From Deltaproteobacteria bacterium UBA4427 (GTDB lineage: Bacteria; Myxococcota_A; UBA9160; UBA4427): a stretch of 44,757 nt of DNA. Position numbers and translations under genes: made by a program. The notes below the pieces were generated by a model that saw nothing but the letters and a program-made list of their open reading frames with translations, ran no database searches and was not told the origin of the DNA. Of the stretch, positions 9,014 through 17,648 are shown piece by piece; positions within the stretch are counted from its first letter, which is position 1; each line of letters opens with the position of its first letter. The DNA is taken from NCBI GenBank assembly GCA_963854795.1, contig CAWLAJ010000002.1:1-44757 (forward strand), written 5' to 3'.

Positions 9014-10663
9014 ATGCCCCCCAGCGATTCGTCGAAGTCGTCTAGAGGCGCGAGTACAGCCAAAGCCCCAGGCAAGGGCACGGTCACTTCCGGAGCGTCT
9101 GCGGACTCATCCAGGAAAGTCGTTCGGGCATTGCTCTCGGTGTCCGACAAGGCGGGGCTCGTCGAGCTTGCCAAGGACCTCGATTGTCTGGGCGTCGAAC
9201 TGGTCGCCTCTGGCGGTACGGCCGGGGCGATTCGTGATGCTGGCCTACGCGTACTCGACGTGGCAGAGCTGACGGGAAGTCCCGAGATGTTGGGTGGGCG
9301 CGTGAAGACGCTGCACCCGAAGATTCATGGCGGGATTCTCGCTCGGCGGGATCTGGCCGAGGACCAGGCGGACCTCGAAGCCCAATCGATTCGCGTGCTC
9401 GATCTCGTGGTCTGCAATCTCTATCCGTTCCAGGCCACAGTCGCCAAGCCGAACGTCACTCGTGCCGAGGCGGTCGAGAAGATCGATATCGGCGGGCCGT
9501 CGATGATCCGTTCGGCGGCGAAGAACCACGCCTATGTCGGCGTCGTCTGCGATCCCGCGGACTACGCATCGATCGTGAGTGAATTGCGCGAAACCGGGGG
9601 GCTCGCGGGCGAAACACGTCGTCGTCTGGCGCTCAAGGCCTTTCAGCATACGGCGGGCTACGACGCCGCAATTTCTCAGTGGCTGGCCGAACACGATCCC
9701 GATGGCGAAGCCGAGACTTTTCCAGATTCGCTCCTGATCTCGCTCGAGAAGGCGACCGAGCTTCGCTACGGCGAAAATCCGCATCAAAGGGCGGCCCTCT
9801 ACGGCGGCTTCCTCGAACTTGCCGAGCTTCTGCACGGTAAGGCACTCTCGTATAACAACCTCATTGACGCCCATGCCGCGCTCGCCCTGATTCTCGATTT
9901 CGATCCGTCCGAACGCGCCGTGGTCGCGATCCTCAAGCACAATACGCCCTGCGGAGTCGGGGCCGGCCCAACGCCACTCGAAGCCTACGAGAATGCCTTC
10001 GCGACCGATCCGGACTCGCCCTTTGGTGGCATCATTGTTTCGAATCGACCCTTCGATCTCGCGCTGGCCTCGAAGGTCGACGAGATCTTCACGGAGGTCT
10101 TGATCGGGCCGAGCTTCACGGACGATGCCCTCGAACTCTTGAAGAAAAAGAAGAATCGTCGGCTGCTCAGTTTCGATCGATCGAAGATCGACCCCGGACA
10201 GGTCGAAGTCCGGCGCGTCTTCGGTGGGCTGCTCGTCCAGGAATCCGATCCCGCGCCCGAAGAGGCGAAGACCGCGAACCTGGTGACGGAGACAGCGCCC
10301 AGTGACGAGCAGCGAACGGCGATGGAATTCGCCTGGCGAGTCGTCAAGCACGTGAAGAGCAACGCGATCGTTTTCGGCGCTGCCGATCGCACCTTGGCCA
10401 TCGGAGGTGGTGCGACCTCACGCGTCGATGCCGTCCATGCCGCGTCAGCCAAGGCCGCCCGCGTCGGACTTTCGCTCGAGGGCTCGGTGTTGGCGAGCGA
10501 CGCCTTCTTTCCCTTCGCCGACGGCCTCGAGACGGCGGTCGGTGCCGGGGCCGCGGCCGTGATTCAGCCCGGTGGCTCGAATCGGGACGAAGAAGTCATT
10601 GCGGCCGCGAATCAGCTCGGAATTCCGATGTTGATGACAGGCATGCGCCACTTTCGCCACTAG
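9014..10663 (+). CDS. purH: Bifunctional AICAR formyltransferase / IMP cyclohydrolase
   Basis: RALLSVSDKAGLVELAKDL (MGS domain), GGRVKTLHPKIHGGIL, and C-terminal AVIQPGGSNRDEEVIAAAN...MLMTGMRHFRH. GGAGAAGGA RBS upstream. About 35 aa of Ser/Lys/Ala-rich N-terminal extension. Confidence 0.95.
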   Translation: MPPSDSSKSSRGASTAKAPGKGTVTSGASADSSRKVVRALLSVSDKAGLVELAKDLDCLGVELVASGGTAGAIRDAGLRVLDVAELTGSPEMLGGRVKTLHPKIHGGILARRDLAEDQADLEAQSIRVLDLVVCNLYPFQATVAKPNVTRAEAVEKIDIGGPSMIRSAAKNHAYVGVVCDPADYASIVSELRETGGLAGETRRRLALKAFQHTAGYDAAISQWLAEHDPDGEAETFPDSLLISLEKATELRYGENPHQRAALYGGFLELAELLHGKALSYNNLIDAHAALALILDFDPSERAVVAILKHNTPCGVGAGPTPLEAYENAFATDPDSPFGGIIVSNRPFDLALASKVDEIFTEVLIGPSFTDDALELLKKKKNRRLLSFDRSKIDPGQVEVRRVFGGLLVQESDPAPEEAKTANLVTETAPSDEQRTAMEFAWRVVKHVKSNAIVFGAADRTLAIGGGATSRVDAVHAASAKAARVGLSLEGSVLASDAFFPFADGLETAVGAGAAAVIQPGGSNRDEEVIAAANQLGIPMLMTGMRHFRH

Positions 10664-10706
10664 CGCAGCGGCTTACCGGCGAAACGGATTCGCGAGAGGA
10701 GTTTCC

Positions 10707-12005
10707 TTGAAGGTTCTGGTCATCGGCAGCGGCGGGCGCGAGCACGCACTGGTCTGGAAATTGGCGCAGAGCCCCCAGCTGTCCCGGCTTCACGCTGCGC
10801 CGGGCAGTGCCGCGATCGGCGAACTCGCGCAGTGTCATTCCGAGACCCGGGCGAGCGATCTGGACGGCGTCCTCGCGCTAGCCCAGCGAGAGTTGATCGA
10901 TCTCGTCGTGATCGGACCCGAAAATCCACTGGCCGACGGCCTCGCGGATCGCCTCCGCGACGCGGGCATCGCCGTCTTCGGCCCCTCGGCGGCCGCGGCA
11001 CAACTCGAGGGGAGCAAGGCTTTCGCCAAGGATTTCATGCAGCGCCACGACATCCCGACCGCCGCCTATGCCGTCTTCGAGGAAAGTGGGGCCGCCCACG
11101 ACTATGTCGATGGTCTGGCGAGTCCATGCGCCTGCGTCGTAAAGGCCGACGGTTTGGCAGCCGGCAAGGGCGTGGCCATGTGTGAAGACGCCGCGGCCGC
11201 GCATGCCGCGATCGATGAGATGATGACTGCGCGCCGTTTTGAGGACGCCGGCGACCGCGTGGTGATCGAGCAGTGGCTTCGCGGCGAAGAAGCGTCTTAC
11301 TATGCGATCACGGACGGCGAGGGAATCGTCACGCTGGCGGCGGCGCAGGATCACAAACGCGCGCGCGATGGCGACGAGGGCGAGAACACCGGGGGGATGG
11401 GCGCCTATTCACCGGCTCCCGTCGTGAGCGAAGCCGTTGAAAAGAAAATTCTCGAACGCGTCGTTCACCCGACCGTCCGCGGCATGGCGAAGGAGGGGCA
11501 TCTCTTTCAGGGCGTGCTCTTCGTTGGTTTGATGATCGATTCCCTGGGCGACCCTCATGTCATCGAATTCAACGTACGATTCGGTGATCCGGAAACACAG
11601 GCGCTGATGATGCGAATGGAGGGCGACCTTCTGCCGATTCTCGATGCCTCGGCGCGCGGCACACTCGATTCGGCGACGGCAATCGGCTGGGGCGAGGCCG
11701 CAGTCTGTGTGGTGCTCGCTTCCGGCGGTTATCCCCGCGACTACGAGGTGGGTCGCGCGATTCTCGGGTTGGACGCGCTCGAGGAAGACGAATCGCTCGT
11801 CGTCTTTCACGCTGGGACGCGCCGCGCAGAGGCGGGTGAGGGCTACGAGACGGCGGGCGGGCGTGTCTTGGGGATCACGGCGCGGGGTCGCGATGTCGCC
11901 GAAGCCCGAGAGCGGGCATACCAGGCCGTTGCCGGCGTCTCCTTCGACGGCATGCAGTTTCGAAACGACATCGCCTCTCGCGCGATCAAGCGCGGGGGCG
12001 CTTAG
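10707..12005 (+). CDS. purD: Phosphoribosylamine-glycine ligase
   Basis: [19 protein letters not shown]..., ATP-grasp core [26 protein letters not shown] start preceded by GAGAGGAG. Confidence 0.95.
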   Translation: MKVLVIGSGGREHALVWKLAQSPQLSRLHAAPGSAAIGELAQCHSETRASDLDGVLALAQRELIDLVVIGPENPLADGLADRLRDAGIAVFGPSAAAAQLEGSKAFAKDFMQRHDIPTAAYAVFEESGAAHDYVDGLASPCACVVKADGLAAGKGVAMCEDAAAAHAAIDEMMTARRFEDAGDRVVIEQWLRGEEASYYAITDGEGIVTLAAAQDHKRARDGDEGENTGGMGAYSPAPVVSEAVEKKILERVVHPTVRGMAKEGHLFQGVLFVGLMIDSLGDPHVIEFNVRFGDPETQALMMRMEGDLLPILDASARGTLDSATAIGWGEAAVCVVLASGGYPRDYEVGRAILGLDALEEDESLVVFHAGTRRAEAGEGYETAGGRVLGITARGRDVAEARERAYQAVAGVSFDGMQFRNDIASRAIKRGGA

Positions 12006-12008
12006 CGA

Positions 12009-12698
12009 ATGGAATCGGCGACTACGATTCAGTCATGCGAGCTTCCCGAGGTCGCAAGCGATATCGACACGGTCATCGATCGATTGTCGGCCGATGGCTT
12101 CATCGCCTACCCGACGGAAACCGTCTGGGGACTCGGCGCCTGTGCGGATCGAACACTCGCAGTCGATCGTCTCTTCGCCTGGAAGGGGCGCAGGGGAGAT
12201 CATCCCGTGGCCGTGCTCGTCTCGTCTGTCGAGGTCGCGCTCGAGCTTGGCTGTTCACTGGATGAGGATGCGCGGCGCCTGGCACGTGCGTTCTGGCCGG
12301 GACCGCTGATGATCGTCGTGCCCTGCGAGAAGTCCTTCGCCGCGGGCATCGCGGGCCCCACTGGATCGATTGGGTTGCGCTGCAGCGATCATCCGATCGT
12401 GCAGGCGCTCGTTGAGCGTGTGGAGGAGGCCGGTCTGGGGCCGCTCACGTCAACGAGTCTGAATCGTACCGGCCAAGCACCTGCGACCACCGTCGATTCG
12501 GCCGCGGGGACGATTCGCGACGCTGCGCAAGGCGGATTCGAATCCCCGATGTTGTTTGCGACGCTCGATTCCGGAATACCCTGCGACGCCGGCGGCGGGC
12601 CGCCCAGCAGCATCGTCGATTGCACCGGGGCGTTGCCCAGGATCTTGAGAATCGGGGCGATCGAGGCATCGTCGCTCGAGAAGGTCTGGGTTCAATGA
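12009..12698 (+). CDS. tsaC: L-threonylcarbamoyladenylate synthase (YrdC/TsaC domain)
   Basis: IAYPTETVWGLGA, WKGRRGDHPVAVLV, FWPGPLMIVV, GLRCSDHP, TSTSLNRTGQ. Confidence 0.85.
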   Translation: MESATTIQSCELPEVASDIDTVIDRLSADGFIAYPTETVWGLGACADRTLAVDRLFAWKGRRGDHPVAVLVSSVEVALELGCSLDEDARRLARAFWPGPLMIVVPCEKSFAAGIAGPTGSIGLRCSDHPIVQALVERVEEAGLGPLTSTSLNRTGQAPATTVDSAAGTIRDAAQGGFESPMLFATLDSGIPCDAGGGPPSSIVDCTGALPRILRIGAIEASSLEKVWVQ

Positions 12699-13981
12699 CC
12701 GTCGTCCGACCCTTTCGAGCCGTTCGCTATGACACCAAGCGTGTCGATCTGTCGAAAGTGATCGTGCCGCCCTACGACGTGATCGCCGCAGACGAGCGCG
12801 GCGGTTTCTTCGATCTCGACCCGCATAATGCGATTCGTTTCGAATTGACGCGGGAGGCCGCCGATGACGCGGAGGCCAATTACGATTGGATTCGCGAGAC
12901 CCTGGACGCCTGGCGCGAGAGCGGCGTGTTGATTCGAGACGATGAGCCCGCCTACTACGTCATGGCCCAGCGTTTTACGGCGCCTTCCGGAGAGGTCCTC
13001 GAGCGCATCGGCTTCATCGGCGAACTCCAGCTCGAATCCTACAACGCCCGCATCGTCCGTCCGCACGAGAGGACGCTGGCCGGTCCGAAGGCGGATCGTC
13101 TGAAGCTCATGCGTGCGGCGGAAGCGAATCTCTCTTGCGTCTTTCTTCTCTATGAAGATCGCGAGGACGAGCTTGGCGAACTCCTGGCCCGTGCTCTCGA
13201 ACGGGGTGAGGTCGGTCGGGCGACGGATCAGGCCGGCGTCTCCTACCGACTTGGTCGACTGTCGGATCCAGACGAGATCCAACACCTACAGACCTTCCTG
13301 GCCGCGCGACCGAGCGTGATCGCCGACGGTCATCACCGCTATGAGACGACGCTCGAGTACCAGCGCGAACAAATCGAGTCGATCGGGGATCGGGCGGGCG
13401 CACCCTGGCAATCAACGATTGCCTTTTTCGCGAATGCCTACGCGGCGGGTTCTCTCTTGTTGCCGATTCATCGCGTCGTTCGCGAGGTCCCGGCGCCGAG
13501 CGAGGAGCAGTGGCGCGCGCTTCTGCCCGATTGGACGATCAGCCGGCTACCCGCCGTCCACGCTGATGAAATCGAGGCGCAGCTTGCCAAGGAACTGGCT
13601 CCGCTGTCCGAGTTCCCTGCGTTCGTCGCGGTGAGTGCCGAGGGCCCCGGGCTGCTCGTCCGGCAACGCGACGCCCGGCCAGGCGAATTGATGGTTCGCA
13701 TCATTGAGCAGGAAGTGCTCCGCGTGGTCTTCGGTCTCGACAGCGAGGCGATCCGTGCGGGCGCGGTGAGCTTCCCGAAGAGTGCGATGCGGGCGGCCCG
13801 GGAGGTCGCGGAGGGCTCGGGCACGGTCGCCCTCTACCTGAACCCGATGACGCCAGATGACGTCTTCCAGGCAACCGCGGAAGGAGAAGTCATGCCCCAG
13901 AAATCGACTTTCTTCTACCCGAAGGTGCCGACGGGAATGGCCTTTCGAGACCATCGCGACGACGCCGAGCTGCCGCCATGA
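12695..13981 (+). CDS. DUF1015 family protein (function unknown)
   Basis: MTVVRPFRAVRYD...VIVPPYDVI...IADGHHRYET, typical of DUF1015. ATGA start/stop overlap with tsaC at 12695-12698. Confidence 0.8.
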   Translation: MTVVRPFRAVRYDTKRVDLSKVIVPPYDVIAADERGGFFDLDPHNAIRFELTREAADDAEANYDWIRETLDAWRESGVLIRDDEPAYYVMAQRFTAPSGEVLERIGFIGELQLESYNARIVRPHERTLAGPKADRLKLMRAAEANLSCVFLLYEDREDELGELLARALERGEVGRATDQAGVSYRLGRLSDPDEIQHLQTFLAARPSVIADGHHRYETTLEYQREQIESIGDRAGAPWQSTIAFFANAYAAGSLLLPIHRVVREVPAPSEEQWRALLPDWTISRLPAVHADEIEAQLAKELAPLSEFPAFVAVSAEGPGLLVRQRDARPGELMVRIIEQEVLRVVFGLDSEAIRAGAVSFPKSAMRAAREVAEGSGTVALYLNPMTPDDVFQATAEGEVMPQKSTFFYPKVPTGMAFRDHRDDAELPP

Positions 13982-14337
13982 GTCCGCGGCCGGTCGGCGC
14001 TTCGATGGGAAGGCGACGAAAGGGAAAGCCCACGATGGTGGGCGATCTGATCGGGAAGGTACTCGGCGAACTTGGACTCGATTCGGTCGCGCAGGCACAT
14101 CAGATCGGTGCGCGCTGGGAAGAGGTCGTTGGCAAGGGGGTGGCGATCCACTGTCGACCGCTCGGAATTCGCGCCGGCGTACTCGAACTCGAGGTCGACA
14201 GTCCCGTCTGGTCGCAGCAGCTCCAACTTCGCAAGCCCGAGCTCATCGCGGCACTCGAACGGACCTTCGGAAAGGACGCGCCGCGAGAGCTGCGCTTCCA
14301 GGTCGGCTATGCTCGCGGCCGCAAAACGAGCGAATGA
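13978..14337 (+). CDS. dciA: DUF721 / DciA-like protein (candidate replicative-helicase loader family)
   Basis: VGDLIGKVLGELGLD...ARWEEVVGKGVAIHCRPLGIRAGVLELEVDSPVWSQQLQLRKPELIAAL matches the DUF721 pattern as I recall it. ATGA overlap with the DUF1015 stop. Confidence 0.7.
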   Translation: MSPRPVGASMGRRRKGKPTMVGDLIGKVLGELGLDSVAQAHQIGARWEEVVGKGVAIHCRPLGIRAGVLELEVDSPVWSQQLQLRKPELIAALERTFGKDAPRELRFQVGYARGRKTSE

Positions 14338-14383
14338 GATGCAGGCGCCCACAGAGGCACACGGAATGGCAGAAGGAGAAGAG

Positions 14384-14560
14384 ATGCAGGATGAACTCGG
14401 GCGGCTCTGCGATTTCTGCGGGGACCGGGTCACGACCGTGCGCCGCGTCGCGCTGGATCAGGAATACGATCGGCTGCAGAAGGTTCATCAGGAACAATAT
14501 TCCTGTGCGAGCTGCTTTGAGGCCAAGGAAAAGCGGCGGCTGGGACTCACCCGGCGCTGA
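14384..14560 (+). CDS. Small 4-Cys zinc-ribbon protein (hypothetical, 58 aa)
   Basis: MQDELGRLCDFCGDRVTTVRRVALDQEYDRLQKVHQEQYSCASCFEAKEKRRLGLTRR has CxxC...CxxC. A strong AAGGAG lies 5 nt upstream of ATG 14384. In-frame alternative starts are at 14339 and 14366. Confidence 0.5.
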   Translation: MQDELGRLCDFCGDRVTTVRRVALDQEYDRLQKVHQEQYSCASCFEAKEKRRLGLTRR

Positions 14561-14641
14561 ATCGGACGAATCCAGGGGTTTCGGAGGCGGCGAATTCCGG
14601 TTCGGCCTCTGGGGGCCAATGGACGGATCGTTGCGGCCCGG

Positions 14642-14670
14642 TTGACCGACCCGAGTGATTTCCCTAAGTT
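14642..14670 (+). promoter_or_regulatory. Candidate sigma-70 promoter for the rpsP operon (TTGACC-N17-TAAGTT)
   Basis: TTGACC at 14642-14647, a 17-nt spacer, then TAAGTT at 14665-14670, about 150 nt upstream of rpsP. Match by eye only. Confidence 0.3.
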
Positions 14671-14818
14671 GCGCGCCGGCTTAGCGCCTCCGTGAGCCAC
14701 CCTGGGTGGTGCAGTCGCGCAGTGTCGATCCGAGAACCAACCCAGTCGGGACCGGAAGCCGAACAGCGATCCCGGAACCCCGAAACCCACGAACGAGCAC
14801 CGAGAGGTCTTTAGCAAG

Positions 14819-15103
14819 ATGGTCAAGATTCGAATGATGCGCATGGGGACGAAGAAGCGTCCGTTCTATCGCGTGATGGCAATCGACGAGCGGAAACAGC
14901 GCGACGGTCGCCCCCTCGAATTCCTGGGAACCTACGATCCGCGAATCGATCCTCCAGCGGTCAAGCTGAATCTCGAAGGGATCGATACCTGGGTCGGAAA
15001 GGGTGCGCAGATCTCCGATACCGTTCGCAGCCTCGTTCGGGGTGTCCGCCGTGGCGCAAACGCGGCAGGCAGTTCCGCCAATACGGGAGCATCGACGAAC
15101 TAA
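14819..15103 (+). CDS. rpsP: 30S ribosomal protein S16
   Basis: MVKIRMMRMGTKKRPFYRVMAIDERKQRDGRPLEFLGTYDP. Confidence 0.97.
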   Translation: MVKIRMMRMGTKKRPFYRVMAIDERKQRDGRPLEFLGTYDPRIDPPAVKLNLEGIDTWVGKGAQISDTVRSLVRGVRRGANAAGSSANTGASTN

Positions 15104-15363
15104 TGTCCGAAGAAGGCGACGACTCCTTGGAAAAGGGTGAAGACTCCGCAGATCTGGTCGAATTCCTGGCGAAGGCGATCGTCAGCCAGCCAGAAGAGGT
15201 CAACGTCATCATCGAAGACGACGGTGATTTGATCGAACTCGAAACCGCCGACAACGATCGCGGCCGAGTGATCGGTCGACAAGGTCGTGTCGCCAAGGCT
15301 TTGCGCGCGATCCTGAATGCGACAGCCGACGGCGACGGAACGCGTCTCGACATCGTAGATTAG
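15103..15363 (+). CDS. KH-domain RNA-binding protein (YlqC/UPF0109 family)
   Basis: LVEFLAKAIVSQPEEVNV...DRGRVIGRQGRVAKALRAILNA. TAATG overlap with the rpsP stop. Conserved position between rpsP and rimM. Confidence 0.88.
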   Translation: MSEEGDDSLEKGEDSADLVEFLAKAIVSQPEEVNVIIEDDGDLIELETADNDRGRVIGRQGRVAKALRAILNATADGDGTRLDIVD

Positions 15364-15377
15364 ACGTAGATTAGACG
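15354..15377. repeat. 11-bp tandem duplication (CGTAGATTAGA x2.2) spanning the KH-gene stop codon
   Basis: Read directly: cgtagattaga cgtagattaga cg. A third partial copy, gattagac, lies at 15391-15398. Confidence 0.9.
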
Positions 15378-15538
15378 GCGGCTGTACTTCGATTAGACCG
15401 CAAAGCCAAACACTTCGACGAGTTCGATCGCCGTGCGTTGGCGTCGGTTGAGTTTCGAATAACATCCACGCAGTACCCAAGTGCGAAAATCATCCAAGCG
15501 CGTGCCAGTCGGCAGTCGACGGCCGCCGGCGACCGCCC

Positions 15539-16081
15539 ATGACCCATTCCCAGAATCAGCAGCGAATCGTACTCGGAGAAATTGTGGGGCCCCATGGCCT
15601 CGACGGTGAAGTGCGTGTTCGAATTGCCGGGGACGGACCGGATCCCCTACTCAGCGCCGAGGCCGTTTGGGTCGGCACGAGCGCCACGGACCCCGAAGCC
15701 CGCCGCTACCGGGTTCACGGTTGCGGGCCGGGGCGAAAAGGCGAGGTCCGTCTGCGTTTTGATGGCATCGAAGGGCGCGACGCGATCGGCCGGCTGGTGG
15801 GTCTTCTGGTGACGGCTCCGGCCAGTCATCTCCCGCCACTGCCGCAAGGTGAGTTCTACTGGTATGAGTTGATCGGCTGTCGCGTCGCGACCGAGGCAGG
15901 ACTCGAGGTGGGGACCGTGCGGGAAATCTGGGAGACCGGTGCGCACGATGTTCTCGTGGTCGAGGACGAGGATGGCGTTCGACGATTGCTTCCGACTGCG
16001 GCGGAATTGATGAAGAAGATCGATCTCGAAGACCGTCGAATCACCGTGGTCGATCTGCCCGGCCTGCTCGAGCCGGTCTGA
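15539..16081 (+). CDS. rimM: Ribosome maturation factor RimM
   Basis: IVLGEIVGPHGLDGEVRVRI plus the C-terminal PRC-barrel-like FYWYELIGCRV...DVLVVEDEDG...LLP. Operon context. Confidence 0.92.
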   Translation: MTHSQNQQRIVLGEIVGPHGLDGEVRVRIAGDGPDPLLSAEAVWVGTSATDPEARRYRVHGCGPGRKGEVRLRFDGIEGRDAIGRLVGLLVTAPASHLPPLPQGEFYWYELIGCRVATEAGLEVGTVREIWETGAHDVLVVEDEDGVRRLLPTAAELMKKIDLEDRRITVVDLPGLLEPV

Positions 16082-16089
16082 GAGGTGAG

Positions 16090-16857
16090 ATGCTGAAAAT
16101 CGACGTCCTGACGATCTTCCCCCAGCTCTTCTCGACTTTTCTTGAAACGGCTTTCGTGGCCGCCGCTCGTGAGCAGGGCGCCGCAGAAGTCGCAACCCAC
16201 GATTTACGGGAATGGGCAGAGGATCGGCATCGATCCGTGGATGACTCGCCCTATGGCGGCGGGCCCGGCATGGTCATGACGCCGGATCCGTTGGTTCCCG
16301 CCATCGAGGCTCTGGCCGGCTCGAAGGCCGAGGGCCGGCGGACCCACGTGGTCTATCTCTCGCCACAGGGTCGTCCCTTGAAGCAGCAAAGGCTCTCGGA
16401 GTTGGCACAAGGGCCGCCGCTCCTGCTTGTTTGCGGGCGCTTCGAAGGCATCGATCAGCGAGTTCTCGAGCTGGCGGTCGACGAGGAAATCTCGATCGGC
16501 GACTACGTGCTTTCGGGCGGAGAGGTGCCGGCCATGGCCCTGATCGAGGGGATCATCCGGCTTTTGCCCGGGGTATTGGGGAATCCGGCCTCGATTCAGA
16601 CGGAATCGTTCCAGGGGGCAGCCGTTCTGGAAGGTCCGCAGTATACTCGGCCGCCAATTTACCGAGGCCTCTCGGTGCCAGAGGTTCTTCGATCGGGTGA
16701 TCATGCTGCGATCGATGAATGGCGCCGGAAAAATGCCCAGACCCGAACTCTCGAACGGCGCCCAGACCTGATCGATCGATTGGATCGAGTGGAGTCGTTC
16801 GGACCTGATTCCGATCCTACATTGGACCGGGACCGGGACCGGGACCCGATCGACTGA
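16090..16857 (+). CDS. trmD: tRNA (guanine37-N1)-methyltransferase
   Basis: [14 protein letters not shown]..., [53 protein letters not shown] upstream. Confidence 0.96.
   Translation: MLKIDVLTIFPQLFSTFLETAFVAAAREQGAAEVATHDLREWAEDRHRSVDDSPYGGGPGMVMTPDPLVPAIEALAGSKAEGRRTHVVYLSPQGRPLKQQRLSELAQGPPLLLVCGRFEGIDQRVLELAVDEEISIGDYVLSGGEVPAMALIEGIIRLLPGVLGNPASIQTESFQGAAVLEGPQYTRPPIYRGLSVPEVLRSGDHAAIDEWRRKNAQTRTLERRPDLIDRLDRVESFGPDSDPTLDRDRDRDPID
16824..16847 (+). repeat. Hexanucleotide microsatellite (GGACCG)x3 + GGACCC inside the trmD 3' end, encoding (DR)3D
   Basis: Read directly: ggaccg ggaccg ggaccg ggaccc. It translates as [11 protein letters not shown]. Confidence 0.95.
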
Positions 16858-16912
16858 TGGAAACCGCCGGTACGCCGAACGGCAAGACCGATTGCGTGAA
16901 AAGGAAACTGTG

Positions 16913-17614
16913 ATGCAGACCCTGGACTTCGTCGAAAAGGAAACACTTCGACGCGACCTTCCTCCTTTCAAAGTCGGCGACACCGTCGCCGTCCACGTGA
17001 AGGTTCGCGAGGGAGACAAAGAGCGAATTCAGATCTTTCAGGGGTTGGTGATTCGTCGCCGCGGTGGCAGCGTGAGCGAGACCTTCACGGTTCGCAAGAT
17101 CTCGAGCGGTGTCGGTGTCGAGCGCATCTTCCCCGTTCAGTCGCCGCTCGTTACGAAGGTCGAGATCAAATCGCGCGGCTACGTCCGCCGCTCTCGGCTC
17201 TACTATCTGCGCGATCTTTCCGGCAAGAAGGCGCGCCTGCACAGCAAGGTTCGCGATCTCTCGGGCTTGATGTCCGAGGACGACGTCGACGCGCTGGCGA
17301 ACGCGAGTTCACTCGACGAAGCCGCACCGGAAATGCTCGACGCGAAGAGCGATGGCGCTTCCGAGGAGTCCGCCGACACAGCGTTGAAGGGCAAGGCCCG
17401 AAAGAAGGCGCGAGCGGCCGAGAAGGCCAAGCGACGCGTCGAACTCGATGCCGAAGAAAGCAAGAGAGCCGCGAAGAAGGCCAAAGAAGCCGAAGCGCAG
17501 GCAGCGGCCGAGGCGGAGGCCAAAGCGGCAGCCGACGCGGACTCCGGTGAAGATGCAGCTGAAGGCGATACGCCTGCCGAAGAGGCCGCCGAGGGCGAGT
17601 CGGAGAAGAGCTGA
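16913..17614 (+). CDS. rplS: 50S ribosomal protein L19 with a roughly 120-aa charged Ala/Glu/Lys-rich C-terminal extension
   Basis: [47 protein letters not shown]...[12 protein letters not shown], followed by ...[51 protein letters not shown].... ATG 16913 has AAGGAAA 6 nt upstream. The track start is a TTG at 16892. Confidence 0.93.
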   Translation: MQTLDFVEKETLRRDLPPFKVGDTVAVHVKVREGDKERIQIFQGLVIRRRGGSVSETFTVRKISSGVGVERIFPVQSPLVTKVEIKSRGYVRRSRLYYLRDLSGKKARLHSKVRDLSGLMSEDDVDALANASSLDEAAPEMLDAKSDGASEESADTALKGKARKKARAAEKAKRRVELDAEESKRAAKKAKEAEAQAAAEAEAKAAADADSGEDAAEGDTPAEEAAEGESEKS

Positions 17615-17648
17615 ACTCCGGGGCTCGGCCCGCATGAATCGAGAGTCG

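Noticed and set aside
14743-14775. SRP-RNA-like motif CCAGTCGGGACCGGAAGCCGAACAGCG upstream of rpsP
   Set aside because: It superficially resembles the 4.5S RNA helix-8 sequence (CCAGGUCAGGUCCGGAAGGAAGCAGCC). However, the bases flanking GGAA do not pair (C opposite C), the conserved AGCA/AGG loops are not reproduced, and no long closing helix is evident. It is more likely part of the rpsP leader.
15483-15497. Exact 15-mer GCGAAAATCATCCAA shared with 30191-30205
   Set aside because: As stand-alone evidence of a shared element it is weak. By my rough composition-aware estimate, a single 15-mer coincidence in a 45-kb window on two strands is of order one. It is mentioned under the 30191-30218 finding only as something to count genome-wide.
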